Assembly (NCBI RefSeq): GCF_964355755.1
Contig: NC_092674.1
Span: 23,374,001-23,438,000, forward strand
DNA length: 64,000 nt
Source: Antedon mediterranea
Taxonomy: Eukaryota; Animalia; Echinodermata
Reading direction: 5' to 3'
How positions within the stretch are numbered: position 1 is the first letter of the stretch; every line of letters starts with the position of its first letter. Both the position numbers and the translations under genes were made by a program. Below are positions 51,191 to 64,000 of the stretch, one piece after another. The notes beneath the pieces are model-generated. The model saw only the letters and a program-made list of their open reading frames with translations. It did no database searches and had not been told where the DNA came from.

Positions 51191-54100
51191 CTGTAAAAAC
51201 AAGTTACCACTCAATTCTTTGCATGATAAAAAATATCATGCATTCGTAAATAGCTGACAAAAAATGTTGAAGTTTTAATTAAATTGTATTACTGTCGTAC
51301 AATAATAGCCTCCCTTTTCGTTAATTTGAAATTAAATAAAACGAGTGGGATTTGTTTACTGTTATTGCTATACAAGTTTGTTACAATAATAACAAATTGC
51401 GTTCAATGATACTTTATTTACCACGACATGAATAGTACATTATTTTATTTTATTGCACATAGTTACATCCAACAGCGATATTTCCAATTGCAGGATGCCT
51501 TAAAGAGTATTATATGATGAGTTTGTGACAGTGGCTGTGTGTGAACTAGTACACCGGGGTAACACCCTACTCGTATCGAAAGATGTACTGGTTCTTTAAA
51601 GTGCACATGAACCAGATGTGTACACTGGATCTACGGTTAGTTAATTCAATAGAAATAAAACCTGATAACAAAATAGATTATTTTTAGTTATCGCACCCTT
51701 AGTTAATTTAAAATTTAAATGAAACAGTTTGTTTTTATTTCAAACTTTCGATGGTACGTGCAACCAAAATAATAAAACAAACCAAAGTAAATGAGTAATT
51801 ATGTTAATAACTGTTAGTTTACTTTGATCGTCCTCAGGAGTAAATTATGAAATAAGCAAAACATATAGTTACCATTTTACTGTACTAAACTTTCGTCTCT
51901 TACGAATCGTTCGTTTGCTAACGGCTTAGGCCTATGATGAGTCGGTCTCATCAAACAACATCAATTAATGTTTCACTCTTAAAATATGTTTATTTCTATA
52001 ATAACGAGTGTGTGGAATTGTTTACCCTATTCAATTAATGTTGTCCTCCAAACAATGGATTCGCCTAATGTACACATTAATTTATTTTATGTAAAGTACA
52101 TTAATCACAGTTGACAGTTGACATCCATTAAAGGCCAGGTGCGGGCAAACAATTTATATTGATCATAGGCCTACATTCCAATAATTATCGATGTAGGCCT
52201 ATAGTTTCTCCTATGGTTAATAATTTTTAGAATTGTATTTGTGTTATATGATCTGGTAGAAAATAACCACTTTCTTATCAGTGGGGGGATAGTTCAGTAA
52301 AATCTCTATTCTTTTGTACGCAAATGTTGTAAATAGAGAGTCATTTTAAAAATAAACGGTGTGGTAAAAAATGTTATCAGATGGCTTAATAGGTAATATA
52401 CTTCAGATTTTTATTTTCGTGCCATAGCACCCACTACTTTGTTTCACTTTCTTGGGAGTCACCAGACATGTTATTACAGGCCTATATGTTGCACATATTT
52501 GATTTATGTACAATTGACCAAATGTCATATTTAAACTTCATGCCTGTATCTGACTGAGCTTTAAAAGGAAAATTGTGTATAATACTGGCGTATAATAATA
52601 ATAATATTTATTTGGAACAACACTTTTTTAACAGTGGCACACATGCGTAGATGGTGCATCCATACAAATTACTAAATTTAATACAAAAAACAATGGAAAA
52701 TAAATACTGAAACTAAAACATTTTTCATATTTGATTATGAAATAACAACATAAATTTGACTCGACGCTATTACAAAACTTATTTTTAAACTAAACTACAC
52801 AATACAACTAATCTGCAACAGCAATGGGAAAGAAAACACATTTTTAAAATAAAACAGTTCAAAGTTGTAATACAATTGCATTTCTTAGTTTCCAAGCACG
52901 GCTTATGTACATTTTATAATATCTGTCAAACACAGCATAAATCTCATGAGAGTTATTTTTATGAAATAACGTGCTTCCTAGGACATCAATTGTATCTACA
53001 CAATTTTACAATCACCTGCTGATTTTTCTAGATCACCGCCATTGTCAATATGACTGAATGTGTTTTTATAGAATTTTAAAAGAAGCCAAAATGAATGGCA
53101 ATCTAATTGTTAAAGATGTATTGTCCCCTAAACAAATATTTTTTTGTATATGTAATTTTATGTTTATTTGTTTGAATGTTTACATGGCAAAATCAAATAT
53201 TGATATAAAGTTTGCGGTACACCACGTATCTGTTGAGTTTCTTGAAGTTTCTATCAATGTTCTTTTCAGAACTAATACACTAAACTTTATGTAAATTTAA
53301 TGTCACATAATAGTTATCCACTTGGACCAAAAATGTAATCTAACAAAATTGATTTACCTAAAAAACTTGAAATTAAAGCGAAACATGGTCAATGGATTTT
53401 TGGTTGAATTTAACCATTTATTACGTTATTTTATAAATGAAAACATTTTTTTTCTGTGGAAGTTTATTAAAACTACAAAATAGTAAAATAACCTCGGTTA
53501 TGCCTAGACAGTGAAACAATAAATTAATTCCTTAAATTATTAATTATATTAAAAATTCTTTACAAATTGTTAAACTAGCAGTTCTACCAGAAACTTTATT
53601 GTTATTTCGATGTGTGATAAAACTAATTCCTCGATATGGCAGAGTTTTTTAACCCTATTCTACAACCAGGAAACATTATAATTTGTCTATGGTTAAAACA
53701 CTTTTTGCATAACACATAGAATTACCAACACATACACTACACTACAGTTTGACAAAACCGCGCCCATTGCCAACTAAAGCATACCGAAATTAGTGACCTA
53801 CCCATCAAATCCAAATTCGCAGGTAAATAACTGAGCCTACCAATAATTGTTGTCTTGAGATCCAGTTTCCGAATTATTATTATAATTATTCACATCATGG
53901 CGCTATAACAATTGATTAATTTTATAGCTCCCTGCCTACATATCATTGCTATTGGTATTATTACAATAGTATTATATAATATACAGTACATATATTTATA
54001 TAAAGAGCTGGTAGGTCTAGCCGAATCGGAGCAACACCTCTGATTCAGTTTTTGAAATTAATTGTCGACTTTCCGAAGGAGAGAAAAAACTTCTTTCCCG

Positions 54101-55785
54101 AGGACTTAAATTCTGTCCAAAACCAAGGCAGGTCGGCGCACAACAACTATCTTTGGATATGGAGTCTTTCTCCAAAAGATTACGATTACGTGAACATTTT
54201 GCTGATTCAGACAGCTCAGCAGCACCACACAAAACGAAGGCAACGCTAACAAATTTAAACCAAAAAGTTCCTGGAATCCACCTAAAAATCGTTGTCCAGC
54301 TTTAGAAACATTTATTCAGGCTATTGAGGAGGATGTACAAAACTACGTCCCGAGTTCAGATAAACGTGACAATCTCTCAAAACAAGAGAGGCAGGCCATT
54401 GCCAAATTGCGTCAGCGTAATGATATCATCATTAAACCCGCTGATAAAGGTTCTGGCACTGTTGCTATGGACATCAAATTTTATGAAGAGGAGTCCTTAA
54501 GACAGCTAAACAATCTTCTTCATTATCGTAAACCCCGGAAATTGCGGATAATGTGGCCAAATCTGTTTCTGTGATGGTAAAAAAACACTCCATCGATTCT
54601 AAGATTGGACCTTATTTGGCACAGGTCAATCCAGTTCCAGGCAGATTTTATTTCCTACCTAAAATCCACAAAGCAGGCAATCCTGGTAGACCCATTATTT
54701 CGGGCAATGGCACTGCTACAGAGAAAGTTTCTGAATATGTGACTGATCTCCCTTCATACATTCAGGACTCCACGGACTTTATCCGCAAAATTAACCAAAT
54801 TCAAAATTTACCTAACAATTCTGTTCTGGCTACATTAGATGTTTCATCATTGTATACTAATATCCCTCACGAAGAAGGAGCCGGCAAACGCCTACTAAAG
54901 CTCATTTACGAGAACTGGTCATGTTGATTTAACCAACAACAATTTTATTTCTGGAAATGACCATTACCTTCAAATTCATAGCACAGCGATGGGCACAAAA
55001 ATGGCGCCATCTTTTGCAAATTTATTTATGGGACAATTTGAGGCCAATTTTCTGTCCCTCCAACCTAATAAACCGCTTGTTTGGTTTAGATACATTGACG
55101 AAATCTTCATGATCTTGACCCATGGTAAAGATAATTTGGAATCTTTTCTTCTCAATATTAATTCAGCCCACCCAACTATCAAATTTACAGCTACCAAATC
55201 CACTAGCATAGCGTTGATTTTTTGGATACTATAGTGACCATAGAAAATGGTACACCCAAAACTGACCTATTCCGTAAATCCACGGATAAAAATATGTACC
55301 TGCTCCCTAGCAGTTGTCATCCCCGACACTGTATTAAAAACATACCGTACCACAGTCAAGCATTACGTATCAGACGCATCTGTTCTTCAGATTTAGATTT
55401 TCAGAATCGTACCAAAGAACTAACCGGACATCTCCGGAATCGAAATTACAAGAAGGAATACATCGAAACTGCTATAAAGAAAGCAAAAGATATTCCTTGA
55501 TGTGTCAAACACTGACGTACAAACCACGTCAGCCAAAAGAATCGACCAGAGTGCCTACCACGCACCCTAGGTTGCCTCCATTACGGGCTATTATTGAGAA
55601 ACATATGCCCATTCTACAGTCCACAGAACGTCTCAGGACTGTTTTTCCGGAACCACCCATTATTGCATTTCGTAGACCTCCCAACCTTCGTGATATATTA
55701 GTCAGATCCAAATTTAAGAGTGAAATTAACTCTCATGACAGCCAAAATTTGCTAAATCAAAACGATAAAGTAAACAGCCAGAAAA

Positions 55786-55829
55786 GTTAGCAGAGCTTTC
55801 GGGGAACACTAGCCCTTCATCAGTGCAAG
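55786..55829 (-). ncRNA. Minimal type I hammerhead ribozyme motif (Penelope pLTR)
   Basis: uugca-CUGAUGA-agggcuaguguucccc-GAAA-gc-UC-ugcua. Confidence 0.7.
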
Positions 55830-55892
55830 TATATATATATATATATAAACTATATAATATAAACTTAAATTTTGGTAGTCAATGGAATAATT

Positions 55893-56086
55893 TTACCGAT
55901 CTGGGAGTATGTTCCTAATGTTAAGTCAAAAAGGTTTTGTGCTTTTAAGTTGTAATTCCCAGTGATTTTCCTTGTCTTTGCGCGTTTTGTCGCTCCATTT
56001 GACTTCGTGGTCTATTGCAATAACTCTGAAATTTGCAATCGAGTGACCAGCTGAATTAAAATGTTCGGCTACAGGTTGATCAAGCT
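55893..56086 (-). pseudogene. Inverted C-terminal half of the Penelope GIY-YIG endonuclease
   Basis: Minus-strand translation KLDQPVAEHFNSAGHSIANFRVIAIDHEVKWSDKTRKDKENHWELQLKSTKPF*LNIR. Confidence 0.8.
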
Positions 56087-57633
56087 TTAATGTTTGATTT
56101 AGCTTTTCACTTTTTTTTGTATCTCCATTGAGATCCAGCCACTGATACCCACAGCATTGTCATTTTTTTTCCAGTAATTTGCCTTTGGATTTATATATAT
56201 ATATTATATATAAACTTTATTTATTCACGAGACTGATGTGCAGTACAACTTGTTCAATCAATATTGATTGTTTTTACACAAGTTCGTGATATTAGAAAAA
56301 AAACAACACCATTATAAATACGACAAGAAAGAATTGAAATTGAAAATAAAAAAATTACAGCAGAATCCCTTTCATCTCACAGCTCTATTTTGGATACACC
56401 ATACATGGTACTTCCCGTGTAAACGTGAACCCCTAACCATGGTATATTTTTTGGGGATTCTACTGTAGTACATAGTAAATGTTTTTGTTTTCATTTACCT
56501 TAAAATAATAGTGATTAAACACGATATACATAAAATACAGTTTACATAGTATCTATCCATTTTAAAAGTTGGATGTACACCATCGTAGATACCATACCAT
56601 TATGTTTTACAATGCATTTTTCAGATACGTTTTAAACAACTTAACTGAAGTTGGAAGTTTATCAAAATTGAGACTATTCCATATAATTGCTCCACGATAA
56701 GACAGACTTCGTTTTTTAAAATCGGTTTTTGGCTTCGGGATGAACAGATGTGTATCACTATGCCTTAGATTATAAGTTATATCATTGTATGTAAACACAT
56801 TATATAGGTAAGGTGGGGCATTACCTGTCAAAACCTTATAAATAACCATACAGCATTCATATCTATCTTGATAAAATAAAAGTGACCAATTCATTTGTCT
56901 TAGTGCCTCACTACTAAGTGTGTCCCATGTTAGACCACACACGATTCGAGCTGTTTTGGATAGTTTGAACTCTTTTCATTAGAGCTTGACTACTATTTCC
57001 CCAAACAATAGCTCAAGTGAGGTATTACAATAGAGTTTGCAATATGTTTTAATATGATTTGTGGAAAATAATAGCTACATCGTCTGAGCATACCCAATCC
57101 ATTTCGAGCTTTACCCCGAATGTATTCAATCTGATTTTTCCATGATAAATATTTGTCTATTATGATACCGAGATTTTTGCAATATCGAACGCCCGGTGCA
57201 ACATCGTTATCTATATTAACTGATCTATTTTTTTCTTTGGTTGTTGCCAATCGGTTTGTCGATCCGATCAACATAAACTCGGATTTAATACTCCACTTGG
57301 AAGTCTAACAAAGAGTTCTTCGTTTATACTTTGGTATATTTCATTTTCATTTTAGTATCGTCAGAGGTCATTCACATTGGATGTGTGTATAGTCAGACAA
57401 TGTATTATTTACATTTGTGAATTGCTTCCCCTCAGACAAATAGACCCATTTTAATACATATTTACTTAGACCATAACGTCGCAATTTGCTTAATAGTATC
57501 TTATGGTTTACCGTATCAAAGGCCTTTTTAAAATCTAGTAAACAGATTCCAAACCAGCTTACCCTCGTCTATTGCACTATACCAGTCTTCCGTCACTTTT
57601 GTAAGTTCAGTATTGAGTTTGATGGTCGAAAAC

Positions 57634-58015
57634 CTTATTTTTATTTATTTTTATTTTAACAATATTTTATGAGGGTGGTCCATCCATCATCAGCTGATCA
57701 TTAGGGACCCTCAAACAATACAAACAGAAAATACAACATCAACTATAAAAACACAAAATCAACAGATATAAAAAAATAAATGTATAATACAGTGAAAGAA
57801 GGACAAAAAGAAATAAAATCAGAGAGAGAGAAACATATGTTTTTTCAAAAGAGATTTAAAGGAAAAGAAATTGTTAAAGTTACGAATGCTTAAAGGTAGA
57901 GAATTAAAGAAAGAAGGAGCATTGCAACTAAAAGAAAGTTTAAAGATTTCAAGGTAAGGACGAGGGATAAGAAGATCTCCTTTAGTAATTTGCCTGATTG
58001 ATTTATACATACCAG
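57634..58015 (-). mobile_element. 3' end of a second LINE family nested in the decayed LINE
   Basis: ORF end FKLSFSCNAPSFFNSLPLSIR..FKSLLKKH, 3' stem-loop gagggt...accctc, and an A-rich tail. Confidence 0.75.
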
Positions 58016-58027
58016 ATTATTGGGTGT

Positions 58028-58338
58028 GTAGAAAAATCAGATCCCAGATATATCTGAGTTTTCTAGACCTGGGGTAGGTAGGTAGGCTGCTACTATAAGT
58101 TACAATAACTATTATTATTAGTAAGAAAACATATAATACTGTGTAGTATTTCAAATATGCTACTCTCTAACAATAATGGAACGATTCATTTGATGATCTG
58201 GGTTTTCTAGTTCCATTTTAGATTACTAGAAAACTCAGATCTTGAGTTTTCTAGATCTAGAAAACTCAGATATCTGAGTTTTCTAGATCTAAAAAACTCA
58301 GATATATCCGAGATCTGAGTTTTCTAGATCTGAGTTCC
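58028..58338. repeat. Palindromic array of ctagaaaactcagat / atctgagttttctag units
   Basis: Alternating head-to-head copies, densest at 58226-58336. Confidence 0.8.
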
Positions 58339-60643
58339 AAGATTATTATTATTCAAAAAAGCATAAAAGTAGATTTAAAACGACTCGTTCAATTATTTTT
58401 TAAAGTATAGGTAGGACGGAAATGGGACGATAATTATTAGGGTTAGTTTTTTCACCATTCTTAAAAATTGGCGTGATTTTGCTATTTTCCACGTATTTGG
58501 GAATTTACACGTTTTGTGAAAGAGTGATTTATTATGCTTGTAATTGTTGGGGATATAATCGGGGCAGACAGCTTTAGAATGCATAGTGGTAAGTTATCAT
58601 GACCAGTGGCTTTGTTTTTTGAAAGATTACTTAATAAGCATTTGTATACAAATATACGAAATTCAAACCTATATTTGAGAAAAATGTATTAATTTCATTT
58701 GCGATGTCCTTGGCTTTATAGAGGACATCGCCATTATCATTAATTGTTTGAATAGTAGAGTTTTTCTTTTTTGACGATATCATAAGCTAAGGAGCTGTTT
58801 TTTACGTACTCTGTGTTTTTTCCAAGGAGCATCTTTATCTAAATTTTTGGTTAGTGTAGTTTCGTCGCCACTGGCGGTAATACCATTCCAATTTTCCATT
58901 AATAAAAACAGTGTCTTCAATTCAATTTTCTAAAGTTTCGTGTCATTTTATAATTATGATCCTGTTTATTAATTTTATTTGTTTTATTGGAATCTTTATT
59001 ATTTTTCGCTCATTTCCCTATTATAACGAATGGCATTGAGTGGTAACGTGGTAATACGTTTTTGTGATTCAGAGACCAAAGTTAATCAACACAGAAGATA
59101 TTTATAATACTCATGAATAAGAGTATGAAAAATATAGGCCTACACACATTATTGTCGGTATTTATGCCTATTATTAGTGCATTAACAATGTTCATAGGAT
59201 CGACAATGTAAGGTTAGCGTAGCGTATACGCATAAAGTTGCGTTTGAATAGGTTGTTCACCCCACAGGGCTAAACACGCCACACTATGACTTTCGGTCGC
59301 GTGTATAGTCTGTAGTTCGTATTAGGCCTACTAGCAAACCTGAAATCAATATGACAAAATATAAGTAAAACTTATTTCTCACCTTATTTATCTTATAAAC
59401 GTGATACAGATAGCTGCTACATGCTTAAATGGTACACTCGTCGCTTGCTACGAAATGCAATTTAATTATACGACGTCACGTAGACTTGCACCAAGTCTTA
59501 ATATCTTTTTTTTTTATTTATTTGTTTTTATTTCGACCGCGATTTTTGTCTGAAAATACAGACTTGTGAAACACGTATAGAAATCGATTTGCAGACCGCA
59601 AACATACGATAAGAATGACGTAGGTTATCATACCGTATTTGGCTATATGGGGCGGGCGGTATGTAAATATGGATTTCGAATCAACCAATGATCATTTTGT
59701 TTCAAAATGAAAGAGATCGAGTACGTAGGCCTACCAGTGCTTAATGTACGATCGAGACTGTTGAAATATAAAATAGTAATGCCAAGTTGTTTTGTTTATT
59801 AATTGTTTAGTCCTTGGCCTAGGCCTCTTTCGTAGGTCCTACTCAACTCGCACGTATGACCTGCCAAAGGCCAACATACCACCGGCACACAACAGGGCTA
59901 CACCACCACACAGAACAGGACAGGGTCTGGGTGGGAATTAAATCAAAATTATCTCCACGTAATAAATGATCCATTCAATGTTTGATTTGCGGAGAAGCTA
60001 GCCTATCATATATCAAGACGAGTTTTCATGTTTCAAAGATCCCATCAAATGTTTACCAGTACCAGACTACTAGGCATATAAAATAATTTCTAGCCTTCAG
60101 AACTTTCATAAATGTACCCAAGTACACATTGTCTAAACGTAACATAGCGCATGCGCATCATCTTATTTGTTGAGTCTTTGACATTCTTAAATATGAATAT
60201 TTAAATGGTGTACGAGAGAGTAGCCAATCGCATGCAGCTGAAACTAGTCAACCGGATAATCGTATGCACCAAGAATTCTTGGTGTCAAACCACGTGACTT
60301 GTGCGTGTTTCCCCAGACGGAGTATCCAAAATCAAGTAGTATACGTATGAAACGCCATATGTGCCAAAATATTTATCTTTTAACTAATATTAAGACAAAA
60401 CTCCGTCTGGAACCCAGACTAGACGTCACGGTACGATACCTCAAAAGTCTAAGAACACAATAGCCTAAATTATACACACAATACACACAACATATTTACA
60501 ACATACCTACAACAATGGCTTTTACAAAACCTTGACCACACTTGAATGAATTATTTAGAGTTGTGCATGATTAATTTTAGGGCAAGTAGGATCATTAACT
60601 ATACATTATAGTATTATATTTTTAGAAAAATAGTGGCGGTTAC

Positions 60644-60931
60644 TTTTTTTTTTTTTAAACCATATTTAATGAGGGTGATCCATCCAGCTATTGCTGATCA
60701 TTAGGGACCCTGAGCGGTTCAAAAGACAAACATATAGGCCTACACAAGATCCTCTACATAAGCAAAGTCTTATTACAAGTCTTTGGGAGTGGAGTAATTT
60801 GGTCCTTAGACAAAATCCTGACATGTGACGGGACTTGAACCCAGGACCCTTGGAGTGGTAGCCAAGCATCATACTGTGGGGTGAACAACCTATTAAAAAG
60901 CCAAGCATCATAACCACCAAGCCACAACTCC
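60644..60931 (-). mobile_element. tRNA-derived SINE with a LINE-derived 3' tail
   Basis: A-box tggcttggtgg, B-box ggttcaagtcc, tail agggtccctaatgatcagc...ggatggatcaccctcat, and poly(A). Confidence 0.8.
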
Positions 60932-60980
60932 ACTCCATACTAATATTTGTGACGAAAAACAGCAAGCTAAAAAGTAGCAT

Positions 60981-61357
60981 TAGGGTTGGTGAGTACCCTG
61001 CCAAAATACGCAAATTGAGGGCGCTATGCTTTGCCAAAATACGCAAATCATGCCAAAATACTCAAATTGAGGGCGCTATGCTTTGCCAAAATACGCAAAT
61101 CATGCCAAAATACGCAAATTGAGGGCGCTATGCCTTGCCAAAATACGCAAATCTGCTTTGCCAAAATACGCAAAACATGCCAAAATACGCAAATCTGCTT
61201 TGCCAAAATACACAAATCATGCGAATTTTGGCAAAGCATAGCGCCCTCAATTTGCGTATTTTGGCATGATTTGCGTATTTTGGCAAAGCATAGCGCCCTC
61301 AATTTGAGTATTTTTGCAATTTTTTGGCGTATTTTGGCATGATGCTCACCAACCCCA
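60981..61357. mobile_element. Foldback element built of inverted subterminal repeats (hAT-like termini)
   Basis: tagggttggtgag...ctcaccaacccca; tgccaaaatacgcaaat units switch orientation at ~61222. Confidence 0.7.
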
Positions 61358-62569
61358 CCCAAAAATACCCATCGACCAAAATGGTTGTGCAATATAATTG
61401 CACTCACATCTAGCATATACCGAATTGCACCCTTAATGACGTAATATCATCATGACCCACAATACTCCAATCAAATGAAAATAAGACTATTCAGGTGTAT
61501 TATACATTTTTTTAAACCATCACCTCTCCTTAATGGTCTATGTAATAATTTCCCCCATTGGGTCAAGTTGGGTCAAGTTGTGATGCTGAGAGTAGGCCTA
61601 CCATATTATTATTTTATTCCTTTCAGGGATACACAAGAATTCATGACGTCAGAGCGTGTGCGATAATTTGCCAATAACAGTCGAAAAGTTGAACGCGGCT
61701 CTCCGACTGAGAAAGGAGCTCTTTTATATCTCCGTAGTAGGCCAATTTTTAAGTGTTTAAATTTTAAATGTAAATATGTATATGTGTGTATGATGTAGTA
61801 TGTTTAAGCGGATATTAGCCCTTGTTGGCATTTGCAACAATAAAGAAATTGAATTGAATTGAATTAACAGTGTGATATTCTGTTTTCTTACGTTATTGGT
61901 AGCCTATATATTTTCTTTTTATGCATGTTTCGTAATCGATAAAACCACGATGAAAAGAAATAAAAGAAAAGCAATCAATATTTCTCTTAATGGACAGTAA
62001 CTCCGGGTTTAAAATGTGTATTGTTTATTATAAAATAAACAGTAGGCCTATTGATAATAGGCCTAAATACTACTACTGGCTTATTATTTTCGTCAGCAGG
62101 TAAAACAGAACGAGCGTCGAGATGATGAAATATTCCCTTTTTTAGACAGGTATACTGCGTGACTTTTCTGTATTATGTTAAGATAGAATAAGTAAATTTA
62201 AAAAAAGGAAATTTCACAATTATAACAACAACTTTATAAATATCCTTTTTTTTAAATTACATACCTAGGCCCTATTCCGGTTTCCTCAAAGAGAGTGATA
62301 TTATAATATTCTTTGGTTTCCCCCACATCTTGGTGGCGCTTTGTTAAATTAGTACTGGCTTTTGATTGGCTGTTGGTCTTTTATTTTATAAAAAGGCGAC
62401 ATTTTCAAAATAAATAACGCGAAACGGCAGTACGATCGGTTTGTAAGTATAATCGTTACGTTGTTTACAAAATATTTATTGCAGATCGTAACATTTTGTT
62501 GTTTAGCCATCTAATTCTATAATATTACAGGACCTACCAGCCTACTTATTAGGGATTCCCCTGATTTAA

Positions 62570-62783
62570 TTAGGCCTCTACTACTAGGCCTAGCTAGCTA
62601 GGCCTAGGCTACTGTACTAGGCCTAGGCCTACTAGCCTACTACCTAGGCTAGTCCTAGCCTAGCCTCCTACCTACTAGGCCTAGCCTACTAGAGGCCTAG
62701 CCTACTAGGCCCTAGTCCTAGGCTAGGCGTAGCCTTTTATTATTATCAGTAGGCCCTCTAGCTAGAGTCCAGGGCCTACTAGG
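62570..62783. repeat. Low-complexity TAGGCC/CTAG array
   Basis: Dense taggccta, ctagcc and ctacta units. Confidence 0.85.
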
Positions 62784-62930
62784 TAGGGTGTCAGATGAAA
62801 TCGGTCGCGTCTGAAATCGGTCGCGTTTGAAATCGGTCGCGATAAAATCAACTTCCGGTATTTTGTATGGCGCGCCGCTAGAGCTATACGTTTAATGATA
62901 TCGGTCGCGTTTGAAATCGGTTGCGCTATT
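62784..62930 (+). mobile_element. Probable DNA-transposon end with tgaaatcggtcgcg subterminal repeats
   Basis: tagggtgtca followed by ~5 copies of tgaaatcggtcgcg; the partner end was not identified. Confidence 0.45.
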
Positions 62931-64000
62931 TTGCATGGGACGCACTACGATACATTTTTAATGAAAACGCTAATTATGTTTTTAGTTAATTTTGAATATA
63001 GAATTTCTAACTAATACTATTAACATTTTGTTTACCTCGATCGTTATTATTTTTTTAGTACAGTAGGCTTAAATATAAATATTTATCTCATTATTTATAA
63101 ATAACTTGTGTTTTCATTTTATCTTACAGGTGTCAATGAATAATTGTAATGTGTTCGTTTAGAAAATCGTTTTAAAAAGTGTTATTGAATATTGTTTAAG
63201 TTTTTGAAAAGATTAGCATGCCACTGTTTAAAGTTTTAAAAATGTTGAATTAAACAAGTAGACGCGCCTATTGCGTATTTTTTTATCACAGTTAATTACG
63301 AAACTAGTTCTATACCTGCAAGTGGATACCAGCTCAATGAGGTTTATGCAATAAAGGAAGATGATGTATGACGATGATTTTTACGTTCGATATCCGCCAC
63401 TTTTACGTGAGCATGGTTTTAGGATAATACTAATAAAATAATATGCCGTTATATATCAATCTAAACTGTACAATGATAGGCCTAGTGATTATTATAAATG
63501 TATAGAAAATATATAGAAATAAAAGATATTCAAATTAAAAACTATAGTATTGCCGAGGTATATACGTAAATTATATACATCATTTCACCATGGAACTAGG
63601 TTTCACAAAACACGTGCAGGCCTATAGATGTTTTAAACGTATGGTTATTAGTAATAGGCCTATTATACGTCATCTTTACATGTCCATGGACAATGATCGC
63701 CGTACGTGTTTTTTCCATGATTTGACACACTAGTGCGTGTTTTTTTTTAAAGGGAATCCCCGTCAGCAAAATAACGTGCAGTTAACGTCTGCATGATCAT
63801 AGAAGGCGCCATCCACGATATGATTAATGGCCTATTTCGGGGTTTATTTCAGTAACTCGCCTTTTAACGATCCGCATATAATAATCAATGTCATTTTTTA
63901 CTAGAAAATATTTTAGGCCTAAACATTAGAAATAAAAATATACACGTGATTTGCCTCAACAATATTCATTATAGGCCTAAACTTAATATTATCCTACATA

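Larger units (their letters stand above)
54020..56191 (+). mobile_element. Decayed Penelope-like retroelement (RT + GIY-YIG)
   Basis: LLSRGLKFCP, IIIKPADKG, FYFLPKIHK..NPGRPIIS, LDVSSLYTNIP, AMGTKMAP, WFRYIDE and FRRPPNLRDILV, with several frameshifts; (TA)-rich flanks. Confidence 0.92.
56480..58850 (-). mobile_element. Decayed CR1/L2-group LINE interrupted at ~57634-58345
   Basis: Fragments SKATGHDNL, FPNTWKIAK, LDFKKAFDTVNHKILLSKL, LGIIID..LSW and KRSLSYRGAIIWNSL. Confidence 0.85.

Noticed and set aside
51873-59460. Candidate ST8Sia 5' exons near 51900, 59100-59200 and 59382
   Set aside because: Each has in-frame stops, no TM segment, or no phase-compatible donor.
61031-61416. Repetitive ORFs on both strands
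   Set aside because: Products of the foldback repeat array.

Overview
AT-rich, intron-containing animal genomic DNA. It is probably a marine invertebrate deuterostome such as an echinoderm; this is inferred from a Deu-type SINE, an ST8Sia-like gene and abundant TAGGCCTA motifs. No prokaryotic features (CRISPR, rRNA, operons) are seen. Four host genes are supported: (1) a RING-NHL E3 ligase-like gene with one coding exon (+, 6808-7935); (2) a two-exon multipass membrane protein resembling a degenerate TLC domain (-, 15962-17809); (3) a CHST14/dermatan 4-O-sulfotransferase-like gene (-, catalytic exon 22444-23268) that appears to have two alternative transmembrane-coding first exons (26015-26215 and 40890-41072); (4) an ST8Sia-like GT29 sialyltransferase (-, 43952-51190) whose 5' exon was not located. 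The rest is dense in mobile DNA: a near-intact CR1/L2-group LINE, a decayed Penelope element with an internal inversion and a minimal hammerhead ribozyme, a SINE sharing its 3' tail with a neighbouring LINE, a Helitron, a Helentron-type element, Kolobok-, hAT- and Harbinger-like non-autonomous elements, and 21-bp and 57-bp tandem arrays. All family calls come from reading motifs by eye; no database search was run.
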